A stretch of 39,385 nt of DNA from a virus (lineage: Duplodnaviria; Heunggongvirae; Uroviricota; Caudoviricetes). Shown one piece after another: positions 19,493 to 28,334 of the stretch. A program made the translations under genes and the position numbers. The notes below the pieces were generated by a model that was given only the letters and a program-made list of their open reading frames with translations, made no database searches and was not told the origin of the DNA. The first letter of the stretch is position 1, and every line of letters starts with the position of its first letter. The stretch is taken from IMG/VR virus record IMGVR_UViG_2534681978_000021, one strand, 5' to 3'.

Positions 19493-20616
19493 TATTGCAT
19501 TTCCTCTTTCATTTTCAGGAACTCGGCTTCGGTTTTACCCAGCAGATGGGCGGCGGCGATATCTTCAGCCGACAGCGCAGCGGTGGCGGTCTTTTTATCC
19601 GGCACGGTTACGGTGTCGGTCTGAAGAGTGGTCAGAGCCGCAACCGGCTGGCGGGCGTCAAGCTGTGCAGAAAGTGCCGCAACACCAATCTGTTGTCCGA
19701 GTCCTTCCATGTATCCGCGTTCGCTTTTGAAAATGCGTCCTTCGGACTCGGCCTTATCCAGCAACTGCTCCAGCGTGGTGCTGCCGTGTTGTGCCGACAA
19801 CGCGACATATTCGGTACGCAGGGCGTTATACGTCTCAACGGGCACGTATTTCGTCAGATCAATAGTGCCGCCAGTTGGTGTGCCTTTTGCGGTTTCCAGC
19901 TCTGCCGACAGGCTGGCAACCTGCGTTTTCAGGGTGTCGTGCGCATCCGCACGGGTTTTGATCCCGGTAAGGGCAGACAGCGCCGCCGTGCCCAGTTCCG
20001 GTGTAAATTCGTCACCGTCGGCCACGGTCAGACCGAGCGCCGTCAGCAACTGGCGTAATTGCTCATTCATGGAGGTGTCCTTTAAAGGAGGGTTTAAGGC
20101 GTTATAAAGGTCATCCGCCGACAGTGCGGCGACAGGATTCATGCCAGTCAGACCGGGGTCACCGGTAATAGCCAGCATCCGAAGCTCAACAGGTTCACCG
20201 GTGATTTCGTCATAACCAATCACCGGGGAAAACCAGGGAAATTCGTTATTGCGCAGGTGTTCAATGGCCGGAGGGTTCCAGTCCGGACGCACTTCAAAAC
20301 CCCGCTCTTCACTGAAGCGGAAGTTTTCCGGTGAGGCCATGACAAAACCGGCAGCCGGTGCCGGATGCCCCTTAATCAGGGTCTGGTGGTTGTAGTCAAT
20401 TTTTACCGGCTGATTGAGCGCCACAACCCGGGATACCATGCGCTCAACGGCCGCATGGTTAATCAGCCAGCCTTCCGCCGGTTTTTCCGGGCGACCGTCA
20501 CGGGCCTTTACCCGACCGGCTGGCATGATCTGACACCAGTCACCGTCCCCGTCTGCGGACAGGCTGATGGCATTCAGAATGGCATAAGCAAGTTTGGGCG
20601 TGTTTTTCGTCTTCAT
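19492..20616 (-). CDS. head maturation protease/scaffold protein (Mu I-like)
   Basis: 374 aa, position between G-like gene and capsid gene. Confidence 0.7.
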   Translation of the reverse strand: MKTKNTPKLAYAILNAISLSADGDGDWCQIMPAGRVKARDGRPEKPAEGWLINHAAVERMVSRVVALNQPVKIDYNHQTLIKGHPAPAAGFVMASPENFRFSEERGFEVRPDWNPPAIEHLRNNEFPWFSPVIGYDEITGEPVELRMLAITGDPGLTGMNPVAALSADDLYNALNPPLKDTSMNEQLRQLLTALGLTVADGDEFTPELGTAALSALTGIKTRADAHDTLKTQVASLSAELETAKGTPTGGTIDLTKYVPVETYNALRTEYVALSAQHGSTTLEQLLDKAESEGRIFKSERGYMEGLGQQIGVAALSAQLDARQPVAALTTLQTDTVTVPDKKTATAALSAEDIAAAHLLGKTEAEFLKMKEEMQ

Positions 20617-20793
20617 TCCGGCAGCATAAGCCGGTGTTTTTCGGGGCCGGTTTTGCGGGACTTCAGAAAGTGCTGACAGGGGAAAAATGAGAAAGGCGCT
20701 TCACGCAGATTTTAAAGCCCGTTAAATACAGGTTAGAAAATCACGACACGCGCCTGAAGAGGGTAAGGCAATGCGTTTGTATACCTTAAACCA
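20617..20793 (-). promoter_or_regulatory. intergenic region upstream of the I-like gene; candidate late promoter
   Basis: 177-bp non-coding gap in an otherwise tightly packed operon, at the position of Mu late promoter P_I. Confidence 0.3.
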
Positions 20794-21267
20794 TTACGGC
20801 GTTTCTGTGGCCTTTTTAAAGCGTTTTCTGATTTCGTCCATGATCTCCTGTTCTGCCACCTGATCAAAGCCCATATACGGACGTGCGCCAATGGCCGCCG
20901 GTCCCGGTGGCATACCAGGCAGGCCACCCCACTGATGAATGGCCGCATAAGGTTCATTTGATCCAATCAGCGCCCAGGTATCGCCATAATCCGTGGTCAG
21001 GCGGCGGGCCAGATCGCCGTTCAGTGTCAGGATTTTGCCGGGCGTGTATCCCTTACGGGTACGCCACTTGCGGTAAGGATCTGACCAGTCATGCCAGCGT
21101 TCGCCGTCCGGCTCTTTTTCCTGTTCAAACGCCATTTCTGACGATGACAGAAGACTCTCCGCCACACTGCGGGCCAGGTCTTTTCCGCCGCCCACAAACT
21201 GAAGCCGGGCAAACACCCGCTGGAGACGCGTAACGTCAACAACGACAGCGGCATCAATGGATGACAT
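20794..21267 (-). CDS. virion morphogenesis protein (Mu G/gp31 position)
   Basis: 157 aa, synteny. Confidence 0.55.
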   Translation of the reverse strand: MSSIDAAVVVDVTRLQRVFARLQFVGGGKDLARSVAESLLSSSEMAFEQEKEPDGERWHDWSDPYRKWRTRKGYTPGKILTLNGDLARRLTTDYGDTWALIGSNEPYAAIHQWGGLPGMPPGPAAIGARPYMGFDQVAEQEIMDEIRKRFKKATETP

Positions 21268-21307
21268 ATTGCCTCCGCATAAAGGATGAATATAAAATAA
21301 ACAGGCG

Positions 21308-21387
21308 GTCAGTGTACGCTTAACTGGTAAAGTCGGTGCCTGCCTCCGGGTGGATCATGTATGCGGGTTCGACCCCCGCCACTGACC
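21308..21387 (+). other. tRNA-like sequence (7-bp acceptor stem plus canonical-looking T-arm; anticodon arm not canonical)
   Basis: GTCAGTG (21308-21314) pairs with CACTGAC (21380-21386); GCGGG-TTCGACC-CCCGC T-arm at 21363-21379; D-loop-like TAACTGGTAA. Confidence 0.25.
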
Positions 21388-21388
21388 G

Positions 21389-22720
21389 TTAATCAATTTG
21401 TCCTTCCAGCACCTCAAGCATTCCGCCCCGGATATCCGATTTCAGCTTATCCATATTGATAACCCGGTAAGCATTCACAATCACATCCAGTTTGTCGGGC
21501 TGACGTTTCAGACTGTACGGTGCATTAACGGCAATCTGCACACTGCCATCCTGATTTTCCACGATATACATCAGATTGTTGTGCCGTTTGTCCCACAGTA
21601 CCGCTTTTGGCCTTGCCAGCATTGCCGGTAAGCGCCCGAAGTCCTCCGGCGTCAGAGCGATGCCGTCATTCTGATGTTTCACACTGTCCGCATGGAGCAC
21701 ATTTTTACCGCTCATCGCCAGCAGGCGGGCCGGTGGCGTTCCCGTCCGGCTTTCCACTGCCTGCGCAATGCTTTCAGTCATAAAGCCCAGCGTGCGGATA
21801 TCGTTACCACCTCGCCGGGTCTGCATGATGTTTTTTGCCCAGATGCGGAACGCCAGCTGCCGCTCCGGGCTGTTGTTCATCTCCTGAACCACCATTTCCC
21901 GTAACGCCGGGCTTTTCACCTCGATCAGTTTGCGGATCAGCGCCTGGTCTGTGCCGAACGCTGCCGAGCCGGGGTTATATGACCAGCCCACATCCGGTGT
22001 CATGGTTCTGGTGCCATCTGAATATGTGGTCACCGGCATTTCTCTGACTTCTCCGGTCTGTTTATCCACGCCAGCCTCAACATTGCGGGTGGAGAGATGA
22101 TCCTCACCGGATGAAACGGATAACCCCATTGCATCCAGACGGGCCTGAGACAATGGCCGCACACGGCAGCGGCAGTTCCAGCCATTGGGCGGGTAGTGTG
22201 TTTTCCAGAACGGATCGTCATAGCGGAATACCAGACCGTTAAGGGCGGAATGCGACGGGCGGGTACGGCTGTCCATGACCGCCACATACTGCCAGAACGG
22301 ATGCGTGTCCGTGTTGTTCATCATCTGCGTGTAACGCCCGGCATTGTAAGCCACACGGGTGTTCACGTTGTAAATCAGCGCCAGACGACGGGGACTGCCC
22401 AGCTGCACTTCTTCCGCGTTACCGTCGCTGTCCACCACAATCTGCTTTCCCCACCATCCCAGCTTTTGCAGGCGTGGCGTCAGCGTGCGGATAAATTCTT
22501 TCTGTGAAATCCCCTCATCAATGGCCCGCTGCACTTCGGCCTGTAATGTGGTCACCACATCCAGCCGTGCCGTTTTTGCTGCCGTGAATGAGCGGGCATG
22601 AACATCCGCGGCTGTTTCGAACCAGTTCCAGCTGATATGCGCCCCTTTGGCGCGGAAGTATGCCACCGTCTCTTTTGAGGGAAGCGTGGCGGCATAACCT
22701 AAATCAATCTCCTGAGCCAT
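21389..22720 (-). CDS. head morphogenesis protein (Mu F-like)
   Basis: 443 aa directly downstream of portal gene. Confidence 0.7.
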   Translation of the reverse strand: MAQEIDLGYAATLPSKETVAYFRAKGAHISWNWFETAADVHARSFTAAKTARLDVVTTLQAEVQRAIDEGISQKEFIRTLTPRLQKLGWWGKQIVVDSDGNAEEVQLGSPRRLALIYNVNTRVAYNAGRYTQMMNNTDTHPFWQYVAVMDSRTRPSHSALNGLVFRYDDPFWKTHYPPNGWNCRCRVRPLSQARLDAMGLSVSSGEDHLSTRNVEAGVDKQTGEVREMPVTTYSDGTRTMTPDVGWSYNPGSAAFGTDQALIRKLIEVKSPALREMVVQEMNNSPERQLAFRIWAKNIMQTRRGGNDIRTLGFMTESIAQAVESRTGTPPARLLAMSGKNVLHADSVKHQNDGIALTPEDFGRLPAMLARPKAVLWDKRHNNLMYIVENQDGSVQIAVNAPYSLKRQPDKLDVIVNAYRVINMDKLKSDIRGGMLEVLEGQID

Positions 22721-23147
22721 CCAGCATCCCCTTCATTTCCGCAGCAAACATGGCATCACTGAGCAGCGTCATCAGGCGGGAATCATCCATTTCACGATAA
22801 AGGGCAGGCAGGTCTGCCAGCGCATCCGCCAGCCCCCGCGTTCTGATGGCATCAATGACCGGCTCCAGTACCGGGTCGATGGCCTCCTGTAAGCGGCGGG
22901 CAGGCACCGCGTCCCCCATATCATCCAGTTCATCACGCGGCGTGCTTTTCGCTTCCGGCAGTCTGGCTGACAGCGCCGTCTGCTCTGTTTTTTCCTGTTT
23001 TTCCGGTGGTGTTTCCCTGTCGGTCTGAGCCGGTTCATTGCCACTCTGACGGACACGGAATATGGCTTCACCGGGCGTGGGCTGCGGAATACCGGTCTGC
23101 TCACGTATCCAGGGATCAGAAATATCCATCCCCGTACTGAGCTGCAT
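22704..23147 (-). CDS. portal protein C-terminal acidic region, or separate translationally coupled small gene
   Basis: ATG at 23147 overlaps the upstream stop as TGATG; acidic sequence. Confidence 0.5.
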   Translation of the reverse strand: MQLSTGMDISDPWIREQTGIPQPTPGEAIFRVRQSGNEPAQTDRETPPEKQEKTEQTALSARLPEAKSTPRDELDDMGDAVPARRLQEAIDPVLEPVIDAIRTRGLADALADLPALYREMDDSRLMTLLSDAMFAAEMKGMLDGSGD

Positions 23148-23422
23148 CACCGCACTGGTGATTTGGTGATATCACCTGGTTCTTTTGTCTGGAAGCAGAT
23201 ACGTGGCAGACGGCGGATATCAATAGTGTGCGTGGTGTTCAGGGCGTACAGCGGATACACCAGATCGCGGTTCAGGGTTGCAGCCAGCTGTCGTAAATCA
23301 GAATCCCTGATTTCCCGGCGCACCTCGTTATGTACCTCACCCAGTGAGCGCGCGCCTTTGTCTCCGGCTTCCGTGGTCAGCGTGCCGCCGAGTATTGCTT
23401 TGGAGATGGAACGCTCCCCCAC
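23147..23422 (-). CDS. portal protein, middle fragment (frameshifted)
   Basis: frame continues the portal ORF if one G is added to the G5 run (plus-strand C5 at 23416-23420). Confidence 0.6.
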   Translation of the reverse strand: MGERSISKAILGGTLTTEAGDKGARSLGEVHNEVRREIRDSDLRQLAATLNRDLVYPLYALNTTHTIDIRRLPRICFQTKEPGDITKSPVR

Positions 23423-24291
23423 GAAATCATGGTTTCAAACGGATCGGCCTGACCGTTCGCTGCCGCCTGAAACTCCAGCGACATCCCGGCCGGGATGATC
23501 CCGCCTGTACGTCGCCCGATATCCATCACCGCCCGCATCAGGGCACTTTTCTGCTCCGGTGTTGCCCCGGACGGGTATTTCCCGACCTTCATCGGCAGGC
23601 CGTACACCTCCAGAAATTCCGCCAGATCGCGCACGGAATAGTTTTTGAAAATGAACGGCCAGATAAGCGTCCGGACAAGCCCGGTTGCACCACCGTAACC
23701 GGTGCGTGAACGCGACTGATGCACTATCCAGCCAAAGGGCTGAAACGCCACCCCGGAATGGCTGCCGTCACGCAGCCGCAGTTCGCTCAAATCATCCGGG
23801 TTAAGGCAGAAATGCCCGCTGTCACGCCAGCGGATGGCGCGGATGATGTGCATTTTACCGAGCATCCCGTGCTCAATTTCCATGCAGGAATAGCCCTTCA
23901 GGATGGCATCCGTGGCGTCAAACAGCATGGCATCAAACCAGTCTGCGGAATGCAGATATTCGTCGAGCATTTCCGCGTCCTTTTTCTCATTCGCGCTGGC
24001 GTTCGGTGGCGGCTCAATACTCCATGGCACCCCCTGAATGGCAAGACGTCGCTTGCCCAGCTCCGCAAAAAGGTGGGTGTCCTTTTCTTCAATATCAGCG
24101 GCCAGATCGGACTGGGCAATCAGATCGCCACGTTCAGCCCCGCGAAGGCACTGCGCCGCCCGGTTCGGGGTGATACCCGAAGCCGGATGTTCAATATAAC
24201 GGCTGGCAATCTGCGGAATATCCAGCGCGGCACTCTGCATCTCCGGGTCAAAGGAGAAAGGTTTTCCGTCAGTATCAATGATGCGTCCCAC
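23377..24291 (-). CDS. portal protein, N-terminal fragment
   Basis: 304 aa starting at the terminase stop; terminase-portal-F order. Confidence 0.65.
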   Translation of the reverse strand: MGRIIDTDGKPFSFDPEMQSAALDIPQIASRYIEHPASGITPNRAAQCLRGAERGDLIAQSDLAADIEEKDTHLFAELGKRRLAIQGVPWSIEPPPNASANEKKDAEMLDEYLHSADWFDAMLFDATDAILKGYSCMEIEHGMLGKMHIIRAIRWRDSGHFCLNPDDLSELRLRDGSHSGVAFQPFGWIVHQSRSRTGYGGATGLVRTLIWPFIFKNYSVRDLAEFLEVYGLPMKVGKYPSGATPEQKSALMRAVMDIGRRTGGIIPAGMSLEFQAAANGQADPFETMISWGSVPSPKQYSAAR

Positions 24292-25955
24292 TACCAGCCC
24301 CCCCGATCAAATTCATGATATGCCTCATCGTCATCACGATAACCGCCCTCCATTGCCCGCGACCGCTCCGGTAGCGCCTGACAGGCTGATTCATCCAGGA
24401 TGAAACCCTCCATGTATGACGCCCGGTTTGCCATACAGAGTGCCACGGCAAAATCACCATGGCGGCGGGCGTTCGCAGCCGTTGCGTTCTGGTCCTTCGT
24501 GCGCCCCTTGTCGATTTGCGGGATACCATTCACCACCTTCACATGGCGCAAATCATCAAGCGTGGTCTGATGGCGGGCGACGAGGATATTCTGATCTTCA
24601 AACTCGGCTTTCAGTTTTGGCATCCACTCGCCGTACCACTTCGGCGACAACATCACGCAGTCGATGATGTCCGGGCCAAAGGCCAGCAGTGCGGCCTCTG
24701 CCAGATAGCCGCCGTTACCGGTGGCGTCGAACGCCGCACCGACCAGCGCCGGAACGCGGGTCAGGATGTACATCATCACCTGTTCCTGCTGGGCATACGG
24801 CAGGTTGCGCAGCTCCACGCGAAACACCTCGCGCTTTGCCAGGAGTTCGGTGATTTCCAGCAGCACAAAGCAGGACAGGTCACCGGTGCGGGCAAAGTCT
24901 TCCCCGAAGCTGAAGCGGGAACGGGGATTTAATTTCTCTGTAAGCGGTTTTAAATGTTCTTCACACCAGGTTAAAACTTCCGATTCACGCAGCCATGCGG
25001 CACGGCTGATGAAGTCGTCCGGGGCTTCAAACGTCAGAATCGGGATGTCACGAATCATCGCCATTTCAATAAGCGCGTGAGGAATATAGGCACCGCCGGA
25101 TTTTTTCGGGATACAGCCGTATTCCTCGTCGGCATCCTCACGGGTCGGGGCGTTTTTGTAGAGATCATCACGCCATTTCTGCTCGCTTTCCGGTGACCAT
25201 TCCTGATCGGTGACGTAACAGATACGACGGTACAGCCCGTCCGCAATGGCATCATCCAGGGTTATGCGGTGGACGCTGTAATCCTTGCGCCCCTCGCGGG
25301 CTTCCTGAATGTACTGATTAAACAGATTATCGACGCCGTTATGCGTGGAAATAATGCGCACGCGTGCGCCCCACATGGTAAGCGCCATTGCCGCCTTGAG
25401 AAGCTCATCCAGTGACTCGTGGAACGCGGCTTCATCAATCACCACATCCCCCTGAAGACCGCGCAGGTTTGACGGACGGGAAGACAATGCCTGAATTTTG
25501 AATCCACTGTTCGGAAAGCGGATCATGTAGGTCAGAATTTCTTCTTTTTTATCCCGATCCCAGAATGTCTGCTCATACACATCAGCATCTGCCAGCTGGT
25601 TAAAGGCACGGGAGAACAGCGCGCAGGCAGAAATATATTCCAGCGCCATCTCCTGTTTTGACCCCACATAAAACACATTACGGCCACCACGACGCTTAGG
25701 CTTTGCGGCGGTAATGACGTTACGCCCGGCTTCCGCCCAGGTAAGCCCGGTGCGTCGGGATTTCTCCGCGATGCAGACCTGACTTTCATCTGCAAACCAG
25801 CGGGCCTGATAATCCAGAAACACCGGCATATCACCGGGCAAATCAAGGCTGTCCGGCACATCCACGCCCAGCAGGGCTTTTTCACCGGACAGATCAATTT
25901 TGCGGGGAGGTGTCATTTGTATCAGTGAAGGAGACTTTTCTTTGGCTTTGTTCAT
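24291..25955 (-). CDS. terminase large subunit
   Basis: 554 aa, position upstream of portal. Confidence 0.75.
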   Translation of the reverse strand: MNKAKEKSPSLIQMTPPRKIDLSGEKALLGVDVPDSLDLPGDMPVFLDYQARWFADESQVCIAEKSRRTGLTWAEAGRNVITAAKPKRRGGRNVFYVGSKQEMALEYISACALFSRAFNQLADADVYEQTFWDRDKKEEILTYMIRFPNSGFKIQALSSRPSNLRGLQGDVVIDEAAFHESLDELLKAAMALTMWGARVRIISTHNGVDNLFNQYIQEAREGRKDYSVHRITLDDAIADGLYRRICYVTDQEWSPESEQKWRDDLYKNAPTREDADEEYGCIPKKSGGAYIPHALIEMAMIRDIPILTFEAPDDFISRAAWLRESEVLTWCEEHLKPLTEKLNPRSRFSFGEDFARTGDLSCFVLLEITELLAKREVFRVELRNLPYAQQEQVMMYILTRVPALVGAAFDATGNGGYLAEAALLAFGPDIIDCVMLSPKWYGEWMPKLKAEFEDQNILVARHQTTLDDLRHVKVVNGIPQIDKGRTKDQNATAANARRHGDFAVALCMANRASYMEGFILDESACQALPERSRAMEGGYRDDDEAYHEFDRGGW

Positions 25956-26203
25956 CAGGCTTTACCTGTCAGAATGCTTTTGATTCGGAACTCAAGCTCT
26001 TCAGTCATCACGTCCACGCCACTCAACTCATCAGTGACAGCCCCTGCCAGCAGCGAATGCAGTTGTTCCAGGGATATTTCCCCGGCAATGCTGAGTTCAG
26101 TCAACTCACGACACGCTTTTATGGTTTCAGGAGGTAACTGTGTTGCAAGACTGAATGCCTTCTGATGAGCACTGCTCATCAGTGAGCGGTTATCTGTTAC
26201 CAC
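25955..26203 (-). CDS. small protein carrying a diverged copy of the small-terminase C-terminal tail
   Basis: 82 aa; C-terminus AVTDELSGVDVMTEELEFRIKSILTGKA parallels AVTDELRGVDGMSEQIEFRIRQMLLGKA of the upstream gene. Confidence 0.4.
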   Translation of the reverse strand: MVTDNRSLMSSAHQKAFSLATQLPPETIKACRELTELSIAGEISLEQLHSLLAGAVTDELSGVDVMTEELEFRIKSILTGKA

Positions 26204-26213
26204 GATTCACCTC

Positions 26214-26795
26214 CTACGCCTTACCAAGCAGCATCTGCCTGATACGGAATTCTATCTGCTCGCTCATGCCATCCACGCCGCGCAACTCGTCGGTGACGGC
26301 GTTCGCCATCTCTTCAGCAAATGCGGCCCGGATTTCTTTTTCACGCTTAATGCTGCGCTCGGCGGCACTTTCCGCACGCTGTGCCGACAGGAGGATGTCC
26401 TTAATAAGGCGCATATCCACATCGCTGTCGCTGTTCAGGGATTCGGTGGCGGCACGCAGACGGCGGTACATCAGGGCACGGGACATCTCCAGAATCAGTG
26501 CCGTGGTTTCACCGGTCGGCTTATCCCCCAGTTCGGCCATCATGGCTTTTGTCTGCTCGCGTAAATCACGCAGATTACGGGCAATCAGCTCATTACGGGA
26601 GGCTTCCCGGCTGATGGCCGCCGGTGAAAGCTGCTGCTCTTCCGGCAGGCCTGCCTCACGGATCAGACGGTTGATTTCCTCGCGGATCTGGACCTGCGTC
26701 AGGCGTTTTTCACGCAGCATTTCCAGCAGCGGCTTACGGATGCTGTCGGGGAGCAAATCCACCTTGCGTACACGGCCACGCGTCGGCTTATCCAT
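26214..26795 (-). CDS. terminase small subunit-like protein (Mu gp27 position)
   Basis: 193 aa, charged coiled-coil-like sequence upstream of large terminase. Confidence 0.55.
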   Translation of the reverse strand: MDKPTRGRVRKVDLLPDSIRKPLLEMLREKRLTQVQIREEINRLIREAGLPEEQQLSPAAISREASRNELIARNLRDLREQTKAMMAELGDKPTGETTALILEMSRALMYRRLRAATESLNSDSDVDMRLIKDILLSAQRAESAAERSIKREKEIRAAFAEEMANAVTDELRGVDGMSEQIEFRIRQMLLGKA

Positions 26796-26797
26796 CG

Positions 26798-27088
26798 TTA
26801 CCCCCTTGCGCGTGGTTTCTTCACACCCGGAACAGTGGCACGACCTTCCGCCACATCCTGACCCCGGCCGGTCAGTTCAGCGATGAAATAACCGTTAACA
26901 AGCGTGCGCTTACGCACCAGTCCCTGCTCAGCAAGCCAGGCAATGTGGGTGTGAACGGTGTCGCGGGACACGCGGTGGCCGTAATCATCCAGGCAGTCCT
27001 GAAGCACGGATTCGCCCAGTTCGCCGTTGTAATCCGCCAGCGACCGCAGAATGACAAGACGCTGATCTTCAGTAATGAAATCACTCAT
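26798..27088 (-). CDS. hypothetical protein (Mu gp26 position)
   Basis: 96 aa, synteny. Confidence 0.45.
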   Translation of the reverse strand: MSDFITEDQRLVILRSLADYNGELGESVLQDCLDDYGHRVSRDTVHTHIAWLAEQGLVRKRTLVNGYFIAELTGRGQDVAEGRATVPGVKKPRARG

Positions 27089-27392
27089 TGTGTTTTTTCC
27101 TTACAGCCTGCTCCAGCAGCAGTTCGTTCTGATGAGAGACGGATTTCAGGGTGGCGTTGGTGGCCTTTAGCTCACCGCGCAGGGTGGTGATTTCGATATT
27201 GAGTCTGTTCACCTCCTGCTGCGTGGGCAGGCCGGAAATCCGGCTCTCCACCCGCTCAACCCGATCGGAGAGTTTTTCAAAGGCCTCGCGGGGGACGAAG
27301 GTTTTGCGCATCAGCGCCATGAAGATCCCCCCGGCCGTGGCCGTTGCCGACAGGATCGGCACAACATAATCTTTAACGATGCTGACCCACAT
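27081..27392 (-). CDS. small membrane protein with coiled-coil C-terminus (Mu gp25 position; possible lysis accessory protein)
   Basis: N-terminal TM segment VVPILSATATAGGIFMALM, then heptad-like sequence. Confidence 0.5.
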   Translation of the reverse strand: MWVSIVKDYVVPILSATATAGGIFMALMRKTFVPREAFEKLSDRVERVESRISGLPTQQEVNRLNIEITTLRGELKATNATLKSVSHQNELLLEQAVRKKHNE

Positions 27393-27600
27393 GACCGGCC
27401 TCCATGATGTTCTGGCAGTTCACACAACGGATGGCATCCGGCACGGCAACCAGACGGGCAGCCGGAATATCACCCCCGCAGTCCGCGCATACACGCCTGC
27501 CCGGTGTCTCCGCCACCCGGCGCTTACGTGTCAGCCGGTCACAAAGGGCGCGTTCTGTTGCCCGCTCCATGACAGCCTGAGCACAATCTGAATCATCCAT
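27373..27600 (-). CDS. TraR/DksA-family C4 zinc-finger protein
   Basis: CADCGGDIP...CVNCQ; start chosen at MDDSD with AAGGAAAAAGG RBS. Confidence 0.65.
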   Translation of the reverse strand: MDDSDCAQAVMERATERALCDRLTRKRRVAETPGRRVCADCGGDIPAARLVAVPDAIRCVNCQNIMEAGHVGQHR

Positions 27601-27610
27601 ACCTTTTTCC

Positions 27611-27982
27611 TTACTTCGTCTTTCCTGCCGGAACAGCAGGCGTTCCGGCCATATCAGTAAATTCATGTTGTCGCCGCGCCTCCAGACGACGAATACTGGC
27701 CTTGTCCACGTTGCAGTTCTTGATCACCGCCAGCAGTTGCAGGTTGTAAGTGACCGATGCCCCAAACGTGAACGGCTCCGGCGCAGGAGGGACCAGGCAG
27801 TCAGCCAGCCATTCAGCGGGGATCGGAACCGGCTGCACAGGCACGTATTTCACAGACGGCCCGGCGCACCCGCTCAGCCACATCATCAGGCACAGGAACA
27901 GAGGCCGCAGGCACTGTTGCCAGCGACCGGCGGACAACGCTCTGCTGCTCCTCGCTGTGCTGAATGTTCTGTTGCTTTTCAT
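27611..27982 (-). CDS. outer-membrane spanin (lipoprotein), embedded in a second frame of the inner-spanin gene
   Basis: signal-peptide-like N-terminus ending in lipobox WLSGC, Pro-rich mature part. Confidence 0.5.
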   Translation of the reverse strand: MKSNRTFSTARSSRALSAGRWQQCLRPLFLCLMMWLSGCAGPSVKYVPVQPVPIPAEWLADCLVPPAPEPFTFGASVTYNLQLLAVIKNCNVDKASIRRLEARRQHEFTDMAGTPAVPAGKTK

Positions 27983-28334
27983 TCGTGGCCGCCTCACTGA
28001 TTTGTGAAATGAGGTGCAGGGTGTGCTGCTGATTTGCCAGCACCTGACGCACCTCATCCCGCTCACGCACAAGTACCTGATTATTGCCCTCAAGACGCTG
28101 CGTCTTCTGGTGCATTCCCCATATCGCGGCAACCAGTACGGCGATAATCCCCAGCGCCGCCATGCTCGCCCCGGCAATCAGGGCCGGTAAGGGATTGTTC
28201 ACCACAGCCACAGTGCCCCCCGCAGCGCCACAACGGCACATAACAGCGCAATCATGAGCGGTCGACAGAGCTGGTTCAGACTTTCGGCAAGTCGTAGCGA
28301 CATAACCATTCATCCGCCGAACGGCGGGCCTCAA
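27813..28334 (-). CDS. inner-membrane spanin (start uncertain, probably downstream of listed start)
   Basis: TM segment LPALIAGASMAALGIIAVLVAAIW followed by Gln/Glu-rich helical sequence; directly after endolysin. Confidence 0.5.
   Translation of the reverse strand: MRPAVRRMNGYVATTCRKSEPALSTAHDCAVMCRCGAAGGTVAVVNNPLPALIAGASMAALGIIAVLVAAIWGMHQKTQRLEGNNQVLVRERDEVRQVLANQQHTLHLISQISEAATNEKQQNIQHSEEQQSVVRRSLATVPAASVPVPDDVAERVRRAVCEIRACAAGSDPR

Noticed and set aside
27611-28177. 188-aa ORF-track reading of the outer-spanin frame
   Set aside because: The N-terminal 65 residues are Arg/Cys-rich out-of-frame translation of the inner-spanin gene; only the part from MKSNRTF onward looks like a lipoprotein
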